DNA of 53,036 bases from Chiloscyllium plagiosum (GCF_004010195.1 NC_057718.1:29580479-29633514); one strand, 5' to 3'. Counted from the stretch's first letter, positions 24,596 through 37,335 are shown. Notes: generated from the sequence alone by a model not told the origin. Numbers and translations: made by a program.

Positions 24596-27500
24596 TCTTG
24601 CAACAAAAACAACAATTGTGGGAGAATTGTTGCACTTCTAATGGTAAAATGTAAGTGTATGATGCCTCTCCTCTGATAGAAGACTGCACTACTTTCCGCT
24701 ATGCTGAAGATGGTGCTATGGTGTTAACTTTACCTTAAACAGCTTGCCTTCACAGGAGCTGCATTTTTCATATCCCTGGGCTCTGTTTTGTAAACTAATC
24801 TGACCAGCACTCCCATCAGACTTTTAAAAATATTTACTATTATTATATACATGAATTTAAAACTAATAGTATGCTATCAATCAGAAAATCGAATAACTAT
24901 TACAATTATGTCACTTTTAAATTTGCTAGATTTATAATATACCTGGATCATAAATTAAATGTGTCTTCAAACCCTCATTGCTGTCTTGTCATTGTTCTGA
25001 GGTATCCAACCTTTTACTCAATCTATCCTTAATCCACCATTCTCGCTCATTCTCACAATCACTTGCCTGAATTTTATCTTCTCTCCTTTTTGTTTGAAAT
25101 GTTGTCAATTTATCATGTAGTCAAACGTGGCAATCACTTTATACATATTTATTTCCATGGCCATGTACACAGCATGCCTAGACAGCTGTGATCAAAATCA
25201 TAGATTCAACAAGACCCTTTGGAAGCACAAAGTGAGAAATAGCTTAAAGTGTTAGATTTTTATAAGTACAGATTTTTAACAATTTCAATCCATACATTGT
25301 GTGAATATTTATTTACTGAGTGAAAGCATTTGAGTCACTGCTTGTGATTTTTCATCAACGGAGACCTTGAATTCAGACGTGTAAGAATGGACAGTTGCCA
25401 AGTGAAGGTCAAGCACTTCGCCACAGGAAAAAGGGAGGAAAGGACAAATAGCTTATTGAATACGTTTTTTTTTAATTGTGACCTTTCGACAGAGAGGGAG
25501 CTGTTATAAACCTGCTTCCTAAAAGCATTCTTATGATTCTTCTTGCTGGAGAACAATTGTATTGAATCCTGGTTTAGTCCACATTACACAGACAGAAAAG
25601 ATCATGAATACAGCAAATGCAGCAACAAGTCTACCAAGATTCAAAGATTTCTGGACCAAAGTATCAGTACTACTGAGTTAAAATATTAATGTAGGTGGAA
25701 TTGGTGAATAATCTGACTTGTAAAATGTGTCAACATTTAAACTGATGTTGGGCAATTTTGAGTAAACAGCCACAGTGAGGGTCAGTCAGCAAGATCAGAA
25801 TAAACATGATTAATAACAGTGAGTACAAGTCAAAGCATAGGAAATTGCTGACAAAGTATTACAAACATATGGCATATGGAGAAAATAAGCAGAGCAAATT
25901 ATATGGAAATTGCAGTAAGTGTCAATAGATTAGTCATGATTCCAGGCATATTTCAACGATAAGTGGCCATTTCTGAATAATTTAAATAATAATGAGAATG
26001 GGGATTTGTTCATGCTGTAACTTGGCATCGTTAAAAGGCAAGGTTTGTTTTTCGGTAATTATTTTGCATTTTATAGAAGCTGACAATTAAAGCTGAAGTG
26101 AAAATATGACTTAAAATGGTAAGGGCTAGGCACTCAATATTATGATTACATAGTATTTATAGGACCTAAATAAGGAAAGAGGAGTAACAGTAATGATTAG
26201 TGAGGACATTAGTATTGAAAAGAGAATATTTTTGAGGAGGCAAAAGCAGAATCCATTTGGTTAGTGAGAAACAAAGAGCTATAAGCATGCATTGTAGACA
26301 TTCTCTAGGTCTTCATATAGTGAAAGAGAGAGAGTTAGAGGAGGAAAATTGGAATGAAATCACAGAAATGTGCCTGAACTATGGAGTGGTGATATTTTGG
26401 GAACTTTAATTCCACAATCGGGATGATGTTGGTGGATTTTAATATCCCAGATATTGATTGGGACAATGTTCAAGTAAAGACAAAAAAAAAACAAGAATTT
26501 CTGAAATGTGTTCAAAAAAAAACTTCTTTGAGCATATCCTTGATCCAGCTAGGAAGAAGTATTGCTTAATCTGGTCCTGGGAAATGATGTGGGCCAAGTA
26601 TCAATGGAAGAATACTTGGGTGAGTGATCATTGTATCATAAGCGTTAGATTGATAATGGAGAAGGATGAGGAACAATCTAAAGTGCACCTTTTAAGTTGG
26701 AAAATAAGCAAATGGAATAGAATGACAGGAGACCTAGCCAGAGTAAAATAGAATAAAGATTGATAGAAAAATTTAAAACCACAATGGGTGATTTTCAAGT
26801 AGGAGATGTTTCAGTTACAGACTAAGTATATTTCAACAAAAGAGTAAGTCAGAAAAACGAAAGCCTTGATGACAGAGGCGATATAGAATATGATGAAACA
26901 AAAAGAAAGGCGTATAATGCATGTCAGATGAATTTGTCAAGTGACAACCAGATCAAATATTAAATTGAAAGGAGAAATAAGAGGAAAAATTAGACTGACA
27001 CAGAGAATGTGGGAAAAGAATGGCATAAAGCACAACTCCAAAGTCATCAACGGGCATTTAAATGGTCGGCAGGTTGTATAAGGGTGAAAGCGAATACTGC
27101 GATGCTGGAGATTAGAGCCAAGAATGTGGTGCTGGAAAAGCACAGGAGGTCAGGCAGTATCTGAGGAGCAGGAAAATCGACGTTTCGGGAAAAAGACCTT
27201 CATCAGGAATGAGACTGGGAGCTTCTGGGTGGAGAGATAAATGGGAGGGGGTGGAGCTGGGAGAAGGTAGCTGAGCGTGCAATAGGTGGATAGAGGTGGG
27301 GGTAAAGGTGATAGGGTGGAGCAGATGGGTGGGAAGGAAGGTGGACAGATGGGATGGGTCATGAGCTGGAAGATTGGAACTGGGGTAAGGTTGGGGAAGG
27401 GAAATGAGGAAACTGGTTAAATCCACATTGATGTCATGGGGTTGAAGGGTCCCGAGGTGGAAGATGAGGCGTTCTTCCTCCAGGCTTCGGTTGGTAAGGG

Positions 27501-28338
27501 AGTGGCAATGGAGGAGGCCCAGGACCTGCATGTCCTTGGAAGTGTGGGAGTGGGATTTGAATTGTTCGACCACGGGGCGTTGGTGTTGATTGGTGAGGGT
27601 GTCCCGGAGGTGTTCTCTGAAGTGCTCTGTGAGTCGGCGTCCTGTCTCCCCAGTGTCAAGGAGACCACAGTCAGGAGCAACGGATAGAGTAAGAGATATG
27701 TGTGAAAGTGGAGATGAAACTTTGGATGTGGAAGGCTCCTTTGCTTCCTAGGACGGAGGTGAGGGGGGGGGAGGTGTGGGTGCAGGTTTCGCAATTCCAA
27801 CGGTGGCAGGGGAAGGTGCCAGGAGGGGCGGGTGGGTTGTTGGGGGGGTGTGGACCTGAACAGATAGTCACAGAGGGAATGGTCTTTACGAAAAGCAGAT
27901 AGGGGTGGGGAGGGAAATATATCTCTGGTGGTGGGGTCCATTTGTAGGTGGCAGAAATGGTGGAGGATGATGCAACATATACGTAAGTTGGTGGGGTGGA
28001 AGGTGAGGATTGGGGTTATGTCCTCATTGCAGTTTGAGTGGGGTTCAAGGGCGGAGGTGTAGGATGTGGATGAGCTGTGCTGGAGGGCATCATCAACCAC
28101 ATTGGAGGGGAAATTGCAGTCTCTAAAGAAGAAGGCCATCTGGTGTGTTCTGTGGTGGAATGGTCCTCCTGTGAGCAGATGCAGCAGTGGAATTGGGAAT
28201 AAGGGATAGTATTTTTGCAGGAGGCAGGGTGAGAGGAGGTGTAATCCAGGTAGCTGTGTGAGTCAGTGGGTTTGTAGAAGATGTCAGTGTTGAGTCGGTC
28301 ACCGTTGATGGAGATGGAGACGTCCAGGAAGGGAAGAG

Positions 28339-28687
28339 TTTTTGAGAAGATTTGTAGCTCAAGGTTGAGGTTTTGGATGTAGATTTGCTCACTGAGCTTG
28401 GAGGTTCATTTCCAGACGTTTTGTTACCTTACTCGGTAACATCTTCAGTGGGCCTCATGTGAAGCAATGCTTCTACCACCCCCTGAGAAAAGGAACAGGA
28501 AGTGACTTCACCACAGGAAGTAACATCACCATAGGAAATTACATCACCAACCCAAAGAAACCCAAACATAAACAGAAAGCAGGAATTTTCAGCATTGTTT
28601 CACATGAGGCCCACTGAAGATGTTACCTAGTAAGGTAATGAAACGTCTGGAAATGAACCTCCAAGCTCAGCGAGCAAACCTACATCC
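28339..28687. mobile_element. Family C PLE-end insert with inverted arms, nested in the family A PLE
   Basis: Inverted arms about 28373-28470 and 28591-28687; TSD AGGGAAGAG at 28330-28338 and 28688-28696; a hammerhead motif in each arm. Confidence 0.85.
28611..28650 (+). ncRNA. Minimal type I hammerhead ribozyme motif (family C)
   Basis: CCA-CTGAAGA-T-GTTACC tagtaa GGTAAT-GAAA-CGTC-TGG: stem I CCA/TGG, 6-bp stem II, palindromic stem III, cleavage predicted after C28647. Confidence 0.8.
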
Positions 28688-29574
28688 AGGGAAGAGAGAT
28701 GTCAAAGATGGTCCAGGTGAATTTAAGGTAGGGGTGGAATGTGCTGGTGAAGTTGATGAACTGTTCAACCTCCTCATGAGAGGTAGTAAAAGGGTGATAA
28801 ATGCCTGCAGACGACGAACAAAACTAGAATGCTTAGTATTGGTAACTGTTGGTAAGGAACAGGATGCTGTCAAAGTATTAGTAAAGGCAATGAACGGGAT
28901 GAAAATTTCCAGACAAGATACACAGAAAAGACTGGTTATGGTTAGAGTGAACTGATCACCTAGTCTGAATGGCTGCATCCCATGTTGCTAAAGGAAGTGA
29001 GGGTCAAAATGGCAGAAATGTTTTGCATAATCTTGCAATTTTGTCTGAATATGATAGAGGAGCCAGAGTGGTATGACCAAAATGACCTGCGACTGGATCT
29101 AAGTATGAATGATCTTCAGCAAGCTTACAGTGAAAAAATAAGAAAATTCAAGATGTAAGATAAAATTAACAAGTTTTTCCCAGCGGAAGCCATCTTCATT
29201 TAGTTAATGGCATTCCTACTGCAAATCTACTCCTCTGTATTGATGAGTTCATATTTCATGTTCCTTTCTATTGTGATTGGATGAGGATTACATTACTGAG
29301 CACTGATAAACAAAAGCAAAATACTGTGGATACAGGAAATTTGAAATAAAATCATGAAGTTTGGCAGCAACTCTGGAGAGAGAAACAGAGTTACCATTTT
29401 GAGTCACTGACATACTCACACTGGTGTGCAGGATTTGTTGGTGTGGACTAAGTGACTTGGAATACCTCACAATTTCTGGATCCCCAGAACAAGCTAACAC
29501 TTTTCAATTTTCAATGCATTCTTTATGGCGAACCTCTAGTGTGTACTCAGTGATACTCTGCCCCTCAAACTCAT

Positions 29575-29876
29575 TAGATTAGATTACTCAGTGTGGAAAC
29601 AGGCCCTTCGGCCCAACAAGTCCACACCGCCCCGCCGAAGCGCAACCCACCCATACCCCTACATGTACCCCTTACCTAACACTACAGGCAATTTAGCATG
29701 GCCAATTCACCTGACCTGCACATCTTTGGACTGTGGGAGGAAACCGGAGCACCCGGAGGAAACCCACGCAGACATGGGGAGAACGTGCAAACTCCACACA
29801 GCCTGAGGTGGGAATTGAACCCGGGTCTCTGGCGCTGTGAGGCAGCAGTGCTAACCACTGTGCCACCATGCTGCCC
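29575..29876 (-). mobile_element. HE1-like V-SINE
   Basis: A and B boxes, V-domain, (AATCT)n tail; TSD AACTCAT at 29568-29574 and 29877-29883. Confidence 0.92.
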
Positions 29877-30792
29877 AACTCATGGAACTCATTTGGTCTT
29901 TCACAATGTCTGTAATGCTGGACATTAATTACTTGTTGCTCCATTCTAATCAGAGTTTTTCTGCAAGTCAATTTCATCTGAACATGCTACTTCTGACTTC
30001 AGCTTCGTACTCCATCTTATAGTGACATCCCATTTTCCATTTACAACTAGTATACGTCTGTCATATGTTAGCCACACCAATGTTACCCAAACTTCCTCTG
30101 TGTTCACTTGAGACCATTCCTTCTATTTCCCTTTTTGTCCCTTCTGTTTACCCTCCAGTCCTTCTCTCTTGTTTCTACATTTTCCTGTTTTTCAGTCATG
30201 CCTCTTTTCTTTCCTCTTGCTTACTATTCTCCCACCATGAAATTCTACCCAAAACATGTATTCTTCCTGTGTCATCCTATGCTCCAGTTACTATTCAGTC
30301 TTGACTCTGACCAGTACAAGCCCACAGCTGCATGACATGTGTCTTTGAAGGGTGTATCAAAACATCCATCACCACCATCAAATGAACAACAATCTCAATT
30401 TCCCCCATCCTATATTCTCCCTAACATTCCCAATTAGCTTTCTAATCTCTATCCTGTTACACTTAAACCAGATCAATAGGTCAGCAATCACTACACTTCT
30501 CCACATCTCCCTCAAAAATGTCTGTTTAATTGTGAACAAAGCGTTGACAATCATAATCTTATTATGAATTATTACACAGGCATTATGGCCTTGAGCATTC
30601 CCCTAAAGTCTACCTGCCTAACCTTAAGTTGTATCACTTGCTTTGTCCAAACTAGTAGGGTAATCTTTATTGTGAAAACACATTCAAGTTTTTCTTTCAT
30701 TTCTTTGGTATCTTTTCCACCATAAAGCTGCTTACCTATGTTACACCAACCTTGGTTGTTGTCAGTGTTCATTCACTAGACTCATGCTAATA

Positions 30793-31015
30793 GCGAGTTT
30801 TGAGAAGATTTATAGCTCAAGTTGAGGTCCTGGATGTAGGTTTGTTCGCTCAGCTGGAAGGTTCATTTTTCAGACGTTTCGTCACCATACTAGTTAGCAT
30901 CTTCAGTGAGCGTCCGAATGAAGCTTTCATTTGGACGCTCACTGAAGGTGCTACCTAGTATGGTGACGAAACATCTGAAAATGAACCTTCTAGCTCAGCA
31001 AGCAAACCCATATCC
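30793..31015. mobile_element. Near-perfect palindromic PLE-end insert (family C)
   Basis: Arms of about 90 bp centred near 30924; opposed hammerhead motifs at 30870-30909 (-) and 30939-30978 (+); 15-bp TSD AGACTCATGCTAATA at 30778-30792 and 31016-31030. Confidence 0.88.
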
Positions 31016-31581
31016 AGACTCATGCTAATAATTACAACTTTGTTATTTTCTGTGGAAAATGTTACACCACCTCCCCAGTGTATACACGGCCTTCTGTGAA
31101 TGTGAAGGCTATAAACATGAGAGCACCCCCTCTGATAGCCTCACATCAATAGGAGCTGTACAACAATGTTTCCTTCAAGGAGGTAGCATCAATGAGAGAA
31201 GGTGGGCAGTTCAAGAGAATGTGCCAAGTGACCTGACAGAGTTGTGCACCAAAAGAAATGAGCTATAATGCAAAATCCTGAATTACAGCCCCACTTAACC
31301 AAAGTGCAGAGTTATGTCTAGTTGTACAGGTATTGCTTTAAGAGGGTAGTCACGACAGTTATCTTGCCTGCATTGATTCATAGTTCTGGAATGACTGTTA
31401 GCACTAAATAACAGTACCTTTCCTCCACTCTACAACTTGGTGACATGACTGAAACACCTAGAACCTCATGAATAAATTAAAATCAGCATTAAGTGTTGTG
31501 ATAGCAATGTTGACATTATTTTCCCGACTTTACTCCTTACCTCTGTCCACCAACCACACATGGTACAAGTCCTGAGACAGC

Positions 31582-31771
31582 ATGATTTGGAGATGCCGGT
31601 GTTGGATTGGGGTGTACAAAGTTAAAAATCACACACCAGTTTATTGTCCAATAGGTTTATTTGGAAGCATTAGCTTTCAGAGCACTCCAAAAGAGGAGCC
31701 CTCCAAAAGCTAGTGCTTCCAATTAAACCTGTTAGACTATAACCTAGTGTTGTGTGATTTTTAACTTTGTT
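31582..31771. mobile_element. Palindromic PLE-end insert (family B)
   Basis: Inverted arms about 31616-31685 and 31700-31770; TSD CTGAGACAGC at 31572-31581 and 31772-31781. Confidence 0.82.
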
Positions 31772-33766
31772 CTGAGACAGCTATTTCAAATTTTGTTTCA
31801 ATAAGTCCTCGTCCATTAAGCAAAGCTACAGAATGCATGTTTTGCAGTAGCTTATGGGACTTTAGATGCTTGGAGATTCAGACCTTTTAACAAGTCAGAC
31901 AATTGCAGTTTTATTACTCTAAATGGAGGAAACAGCCATTGTGGGAGGAAAAGCAAGTAGAAGGTTTGTACTTAGAGGAATACTTAACAAGAAGTTATAG
32001 GTTCAGAACAATTTACCTGAAGTTCTGTCAACTTAAAGGGCCACCAACAAAATGGGCAATAGATTATACCTTGAATACTGGAGTTTGATTGGCTAATGAT
32101 GAAACTTTTATATAATCTCTAATAAGCTTAACAATTAATAGGTCTCTATTTCATAACTCATGGAAAGTAAATGGGAAAAAAAACTTACAAAGAAAATTTA
32201 ATGTTGAACCCAAATTTCCAAGTGTTGGAAAATGGATTAGACTCGTTGGGTGATTGATTTGGCCAACATGGCGCCTTGGGCCGAAGGGCCTTTTTCTGTG
32301 CAGTGGATCTCTATGGTCCATTGAGGTGTCCTGCCATTCTCAAAATAAAATCACTGAAATGTATAACTCGTCCAGGTCAGTTTGAGGTTAGAGAAGATTT
32401 TAAGAGTGACGAGGTTGTTTTCATTTCAACTGCTGAGGGACAAATCAGACTGGAATTACATGTCGGAATTGTCATATCCACTGGCTGTTACTTGTTTCAG
32501 TCCGTAGGTGGTCTCTGTGTTGCTGATATTTCACTGATGTTGAATGTGTGAAAACTGAAAAGTGTTCGTATTTCCCATAGGGTTGTCAGTACCTAGATAG
32601 ATTGAATAAATGTTCACACAGACATGACTTTCCTTTCTATGTGGTCCACATAATAATATATAATGTTCAAGTTTCAAAGTCTGTGAAGCATCAACCATTT
32701 TGGGTTCTTTTCTCCACATTTAATCGAGTCCAGCAATAAAGCAGTTTGCATTCAGAACTCAAATTAAATGCTAGAACATGTTAACTCCTTTGGGTATTTG
32801 TACATTTTTATATTTTCATTTTTCTTAGTTCTGATTTTCTATCTAGGTAAGGCTTGATAGTTCCTTTCAGGATTCTGCCTGAAATAAAGGTTAAGTGGTC
32901 AGTTTATTGTGGCATTGGTCCAAGCACAAAAAAGCTTGGCACTAAGGTGGCCATCTCATTCAAGTGATAAAATTATGGAAATACTTGTCAACCTTTCCTG
33001 CTGTAGGTCTGCAAGCCAATGCTGACCTTCTGACATTCACTCGCATGTTAAACCAGGACATCTGTGATGTGGTTAATGCAGTTCTAAACTGCAAACTGAC
33101 CAGTGCTTGGAAGAAGGCTGTGGCAAAAAAAACATTGAATGCTGTTGTCACTTTTTAATGATACTGGCAGCATGTTATTGATGTTACTGTTTGGTACCAA
33201 GAGACAGAAGGGTTTGTCTATGGTTTCTTAATAAATCCCTCAGCTCTTGGTGAGGGCAAGATTGCTCTGTTACCAGCTGTAACCATGTTGTTTTGTTGAT
33301 TCTGGATCATGGTCTTCCAACTGACCTCTGATATTTTTTCTGATTTTTGATGTCCTTTTCCTCCCTCAAGATAGCCAGCAATCTGTCCATCCTGAAAATT
33401 ATTGAATCATTCTTTAATATGTCTCCCACTTGGTTCTATGCATGACGTCTATGACCCTTCTTCCTGTCTTAACAGAAAATCGTTTTTTTTTAAAAAGTGT
33501 TGCACACTGTCTAAGGTAATAACTTCATTGATATATTTTCCAGTTAAAAGTACAAATGTTCCTAAATTTATCCAATAATTCCACTGGAAATCTGCAGAAA
33601 TATGTTAGAAATTGGACAGAACAGTTGGAACTTCATTGGAACATTATGTACTGGATCCACATTATGTCTGGTAAAGGAGGTTTCAGTGGCATTATTTTAG
33701 GCACAAAGTGAAAAATGGTTGATTCCAAACAAGGACATTATGTAGTGCCTAGCTACATTTAGCAGC

Positions 33767-33893
33767 CTGATGAAGGGCTCCTGCCCGAAACGTCGATTTT
33801 GCTGCTCCTCGGATGCTGCTTGACCTGCTGTGCTTTTCCAACACCACTCTAATCTTGACTCTGGTCTCCAGCTTCTGCAGTCCTCACTTTTGC
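33767..33893 (+). mobile_element. Short PLE terminal insert (family A) starting exactly at the hammerhead core
   Basis: CTGATGA-A-GGGC tcct GCCC-GAAA-CGTC at 33767-33794; 14-bp TSD CTACATTTAGCAGC at 33753-33766 and 33894-33907. Confidence 0.88.
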
Positions 33894-34599
33894 CTACATT
33901 TAGCAGCTAACATCCTGTGTGAGATGTAGCTGCATCAGCCTACGGAAAGATTCAAAAGACTCTATAGGGTAGAAGGAAGGAATAACATTAACTTGGCTGT
34001 GGATGAGGCCCTGAAGATCGGTGCCAAATGTGTCATAGGAGGGCTGCTCAGGAACTGCACTATTACTTTTCCAGGATGCATCAGTCCTATCTCCCTCACA
34101 TTGCCAGCCAAAGCCTAAATCCTACTATTTCTTAGATCTTCAGGAGGGAGCTGTGCAGGTTTGATCTCAAACTACAAAGACTTGGTGGGGCCATTAGTGG
34201 GCTCCTGTAGATCCACACTATTACCAGGATAGAATCCCTGCAGACTCTCAGGGCCGGTTTCTCAACTGAGATTGATTATCATTAAAAACAACTATGCACG
34301 TGTTTGTAATTTGTTAGGGTTATTAAAATGTATTAATTCAATTTAGTTTTCTGAACAAAAGAGAACATGTTATGAATGCACAATGGATCAGTCAGCATTT
34401 TAATTGGAAACAAAGATGACAATTTATAGCGAAATGTTTCTTCAGAAGTGGTATACCATATTAAGGATGAGGTGCAGATGGATTTCTAGGTCTGCTCAAA
34501 ACAAAGACATTAAGGGAGAACAAAGATGTTAATATTCCAGATACGTTAATCAATTCACAAGTAAGAAATATGATTGTCAACATCCTTTCTTCTCCACCA

Positions 34600-34785
34600 C
34601 TCCAACCCCCAACCCAATATGAAATAAACACTGCCCCGTCCAAACTTCACTTCAGCTCTGATGACGAGTCATCCTGCCTCAATGGTAGCTTCCTTTCTCT
34701 CCATGGATGCTGCCTGACCGCTGTGTTCTCCAGCAGTTTTTGTTTTCAGTACAGATTCCAGCATCTGCAGTAATTTGCTTTTATA
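34600..34785 (+). mobile_element. Old PLE terminal fragment
   Basis: CTGATGA remnant followed by GGATGCTGCCTGACC..CCAGCATCTGCAGTA tail. Similar old remnants near 1450-1600, 3840-3925, 29300-29405, 37630-37730, 39945-40045 and 51825-51910. Confidence 0.6.
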
Positions 34786-36409
34786 ATTGTCAATTCGTTT
34801 GTTAGAAAGAGAGTCTCATTACTGCACATGATATAAACATTATCTCAGTTAAGGTATTTGAAAACATATTGTAAAGATATGTAGAAAGAATGGCTATAAT
34901 TTGAAAGGGGAAACAATGAAATGTAAATCGAAGAACACAAGAAGAATATCAGTTAGACAAATAAACAGTTGGTGAAGTAAATGTTCAGTCCAAAAGGCTG
35001 ATGAAAAATGAATAGGAAGAAAGAGAAACCATTCATCAGGTAATTTATTTGGGAGACCAGTAATATCCTTTACAGTTTAGGAATTTGACAAAATAAAAGT
35101 TAGCTTGCTTATGTAAACACTATCTGCTCTCCCTCACCTTTTTTAATGAATAAGACACAAGGTTTAAGGTGCACAGTCTTAAAGCAGCTGAAGACTCGAT
35201 GCAGTTGGCTACTTCATGAAGTATTGCAAATATTTGCTCTCCCCGATGTATCGAGGTTAGACATATTCTCTTCAAATTGTTCATTCTTTATCACATTGCT
35301 TTTGAGAATGTATCATTTCCAGTTTAACCTCTCTATGGTTTTCAAGTGCTATTTTATTTGACTGCACTGCCTGCAGCAAGTTCAGGCAATGATTCCTCTA
35401 GTGGCCTCTGTGAACTCCTCTGCTGTACATAAAGAATACATTATGTGTGAGCTGGCCTTGAGAGTTTTGAAAGATCTGACATCTTCAGAGATTAGAAAAA
35501 TATGGAAGTACTGTCTGTGTGTGTGTATTATTTTACCTATTTTAGCTTGAACATGGGAGCTGTTGACATTTTGAAGATCAACTCAGTCGAATCCACCGGG
35601 ATAATGCTAATACTGGAGTGTTCCGTCTCTGGACACTCTCCAGTTGCTGCTGCCACAACAATCTGTGTCAAGTCAGTGTGCCTCATAAGCTTCATGGATA
35701 AAAGGAACCGCTTTGCAGTGCCATTAAGAATCAATATAGACTTCAACTGCATGTGGCAATAGCCAGTTGCTATCAGTCTTATTCTGCTTGAATATAGCTT
35801 GCTAGATTTTACTCTTTTTGGAAATTAATTTGACTGCTAATGCGACCAGAAGGAAGCTTTTTTGCAACAAACACTCCAAATAAAATTCTGCTACTTTTTA
35901 AAAATGAAAATGAAATAAGCAATAATTTCAGGGTCTAAAAAATCCACGTTGTGTTCACAATTTGAATAGAGAAAAATAACTAGATTTTCTTATCATGATT
36001 GCGATCTATTGTATTGGTGGTGAGTCAATAACCGATGGGTCCACTTAATTGAGTACTTGGAACACCGAGGTCTGTCATTGATCCTATTACATTCCCATTG
36101 AATAAGAAAGGAAAATTGTTTTATTTTCAAATGTCCATAAAAATGATGAATTACTTTATTCATATAGAACAATTTTCTGGAGTGGAATGGATGCTAGAGG
36201 ATTTAATTTTTTGTGTGTGATCTTTCAGTGACCTTTCATGTTAAGGGAATCGATTGGAATGTGGATTAATTTCAACATCCATCTTAAATTTCTGGAATGA
36301 CGCCTTGAAAAATATTACAAGCTACATATTTAATGAAACCAACTACTAGCAACTAAATAAGTATTTTTGGGAGGAATGTGAATAGTCTGGGACATATAAA
36401 GTGAAATCC

Positions 36410-36995
36410 ACAAAGGGTTGAAGGCATTGAATACAGCAAAGCCCTGATACGATCTGGCTATAATACTGAAAAGTTCTGCCCTAGACCGAGCTGCATCACC
36501 TGCCAAGTTGTTCTCATACAGCTACAACTGGCATCTGGCAAGTATGTTCTGACCATGAAAAGCAGAGCAAATCTATAGTGGCCAGTTATCACCCCATAAC
36601 TTTATTATCAATCATTAATCAAGTAATACAAAATGTAATTGCCAATGTGATCAAGCAGCACTGAGGAAGCAATAAGTTGCTCAATCATACTCAGTTTAGG
36701 TTCTGCCAAGTGCACTCTGCTTCAGACCTCATTACAGTCTTTCTTCAAAAACATGGGCAAAAGAGCCGTGCTTCAGAAGTGACTGAGTATTGTATACTAT
36801 CAGCGAGTCCAAACAAGTGGAATTATGGGGAATGCTCATTACTGATTGGAGTCATACCTAGTGTGAAGCATAATGGTTCTGGTTGCTGGAGAGCAATCAT
36901 CTCAACTATGGGATCTCACTGCAGATTTTCCTCAGGTTAGTGTCGCTGACCCAACTGTTTCAGTGTAAGGACAGATGTTTGCTGATGATTTCCAT
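36410..36995 (+). mobile_element. Ancient CR1/L2-type RT remnant
   Basis: YHPITLLSI, LLNHTQFRFCQ.HSASDLIT, an SSG..V (GVPQG-like) remnant and MFADD. Confidence 0.55.
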
Positions 36996-37011
36996 ATTAT
37001 CTTTGACAACT

Positions 37012-37335
37012 GTAGTGACATAGTGGTATTGACTCTGGACTAGTAATCCAGAGACCCAGGCTAATGCTTTGGAGACATAGGTTTGATTCCTCCATGGCAA
37101 ATGGCAAAATTTGAATTCAATAATACAGCTGGAATTACAAATAACTATTTGAATGATAAATGAATGTGAAACCATTGTAAAAACCACCTGGCTCAGTAAT
37201 ATCCTTCTGGAAAGAAAAATCTGTGACCATCTCTTGGTTTCACCAAAATGTGACTCCAGGTCTATAGCAATGTAGTTGACAATTAACTCGCCATGAAATG
37301 ACCAAGCAAGGGGCAATTAGGAATAAGGCAGCATT
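37012..37335 (+). mobile_element. Old tRNA-derived SINE
   Basis: A-box-like GACATAGTGG and B-box-like GGTTTGATTCC; a related remnant lies near 38560-38750. Confidence 0.5.

Larger units (their letters stand above)
27088..28780 (-). mobile_element. Penelope-like element, about 1.35 kb 3' part (RT C-terminus, GIY-YIG, terminus)
   Basis: LKFTWTISD.SLPFLDV..DIFYKPTDSHSYLDYTSSHP, PILTFHP, LEEERLIFHLGTLQP. 17-bp TSD with 2 mismatches at 27071-27087 and 28781-28797. Hammerhead at 27179-27206 (-). Confidence 0.93.
26120..29070 (+). mobile_element. Ancient CR1 LINE remnant interrupted by a PLE
   Basis: VGGF/FNxP..DW endonuclease remnant, SDHCII and later CR1-like coding remnants on both sides of the PLE. 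Confidence 0.6.

Noticed and set aside
28497..28550. CRISPR-like array
   Set aside because: Three adjacent degenerate 18-mers without spacers, in eukaryotic TE context.
30793..31015. Viroid-like or ambisense RNA replicon endogenisation (ribozymes on both strands)
   Set aside because: The two motifs are mirror copies produced by an inversion, not independent plus and minus ribozymes; no rod-like unique genome or ORF.
32850..33700. Possible ancient LINE RT remnant on the minus strand (LVP..N..PVSL, LQF)
   Set aside because: Too degenerate to support a call.
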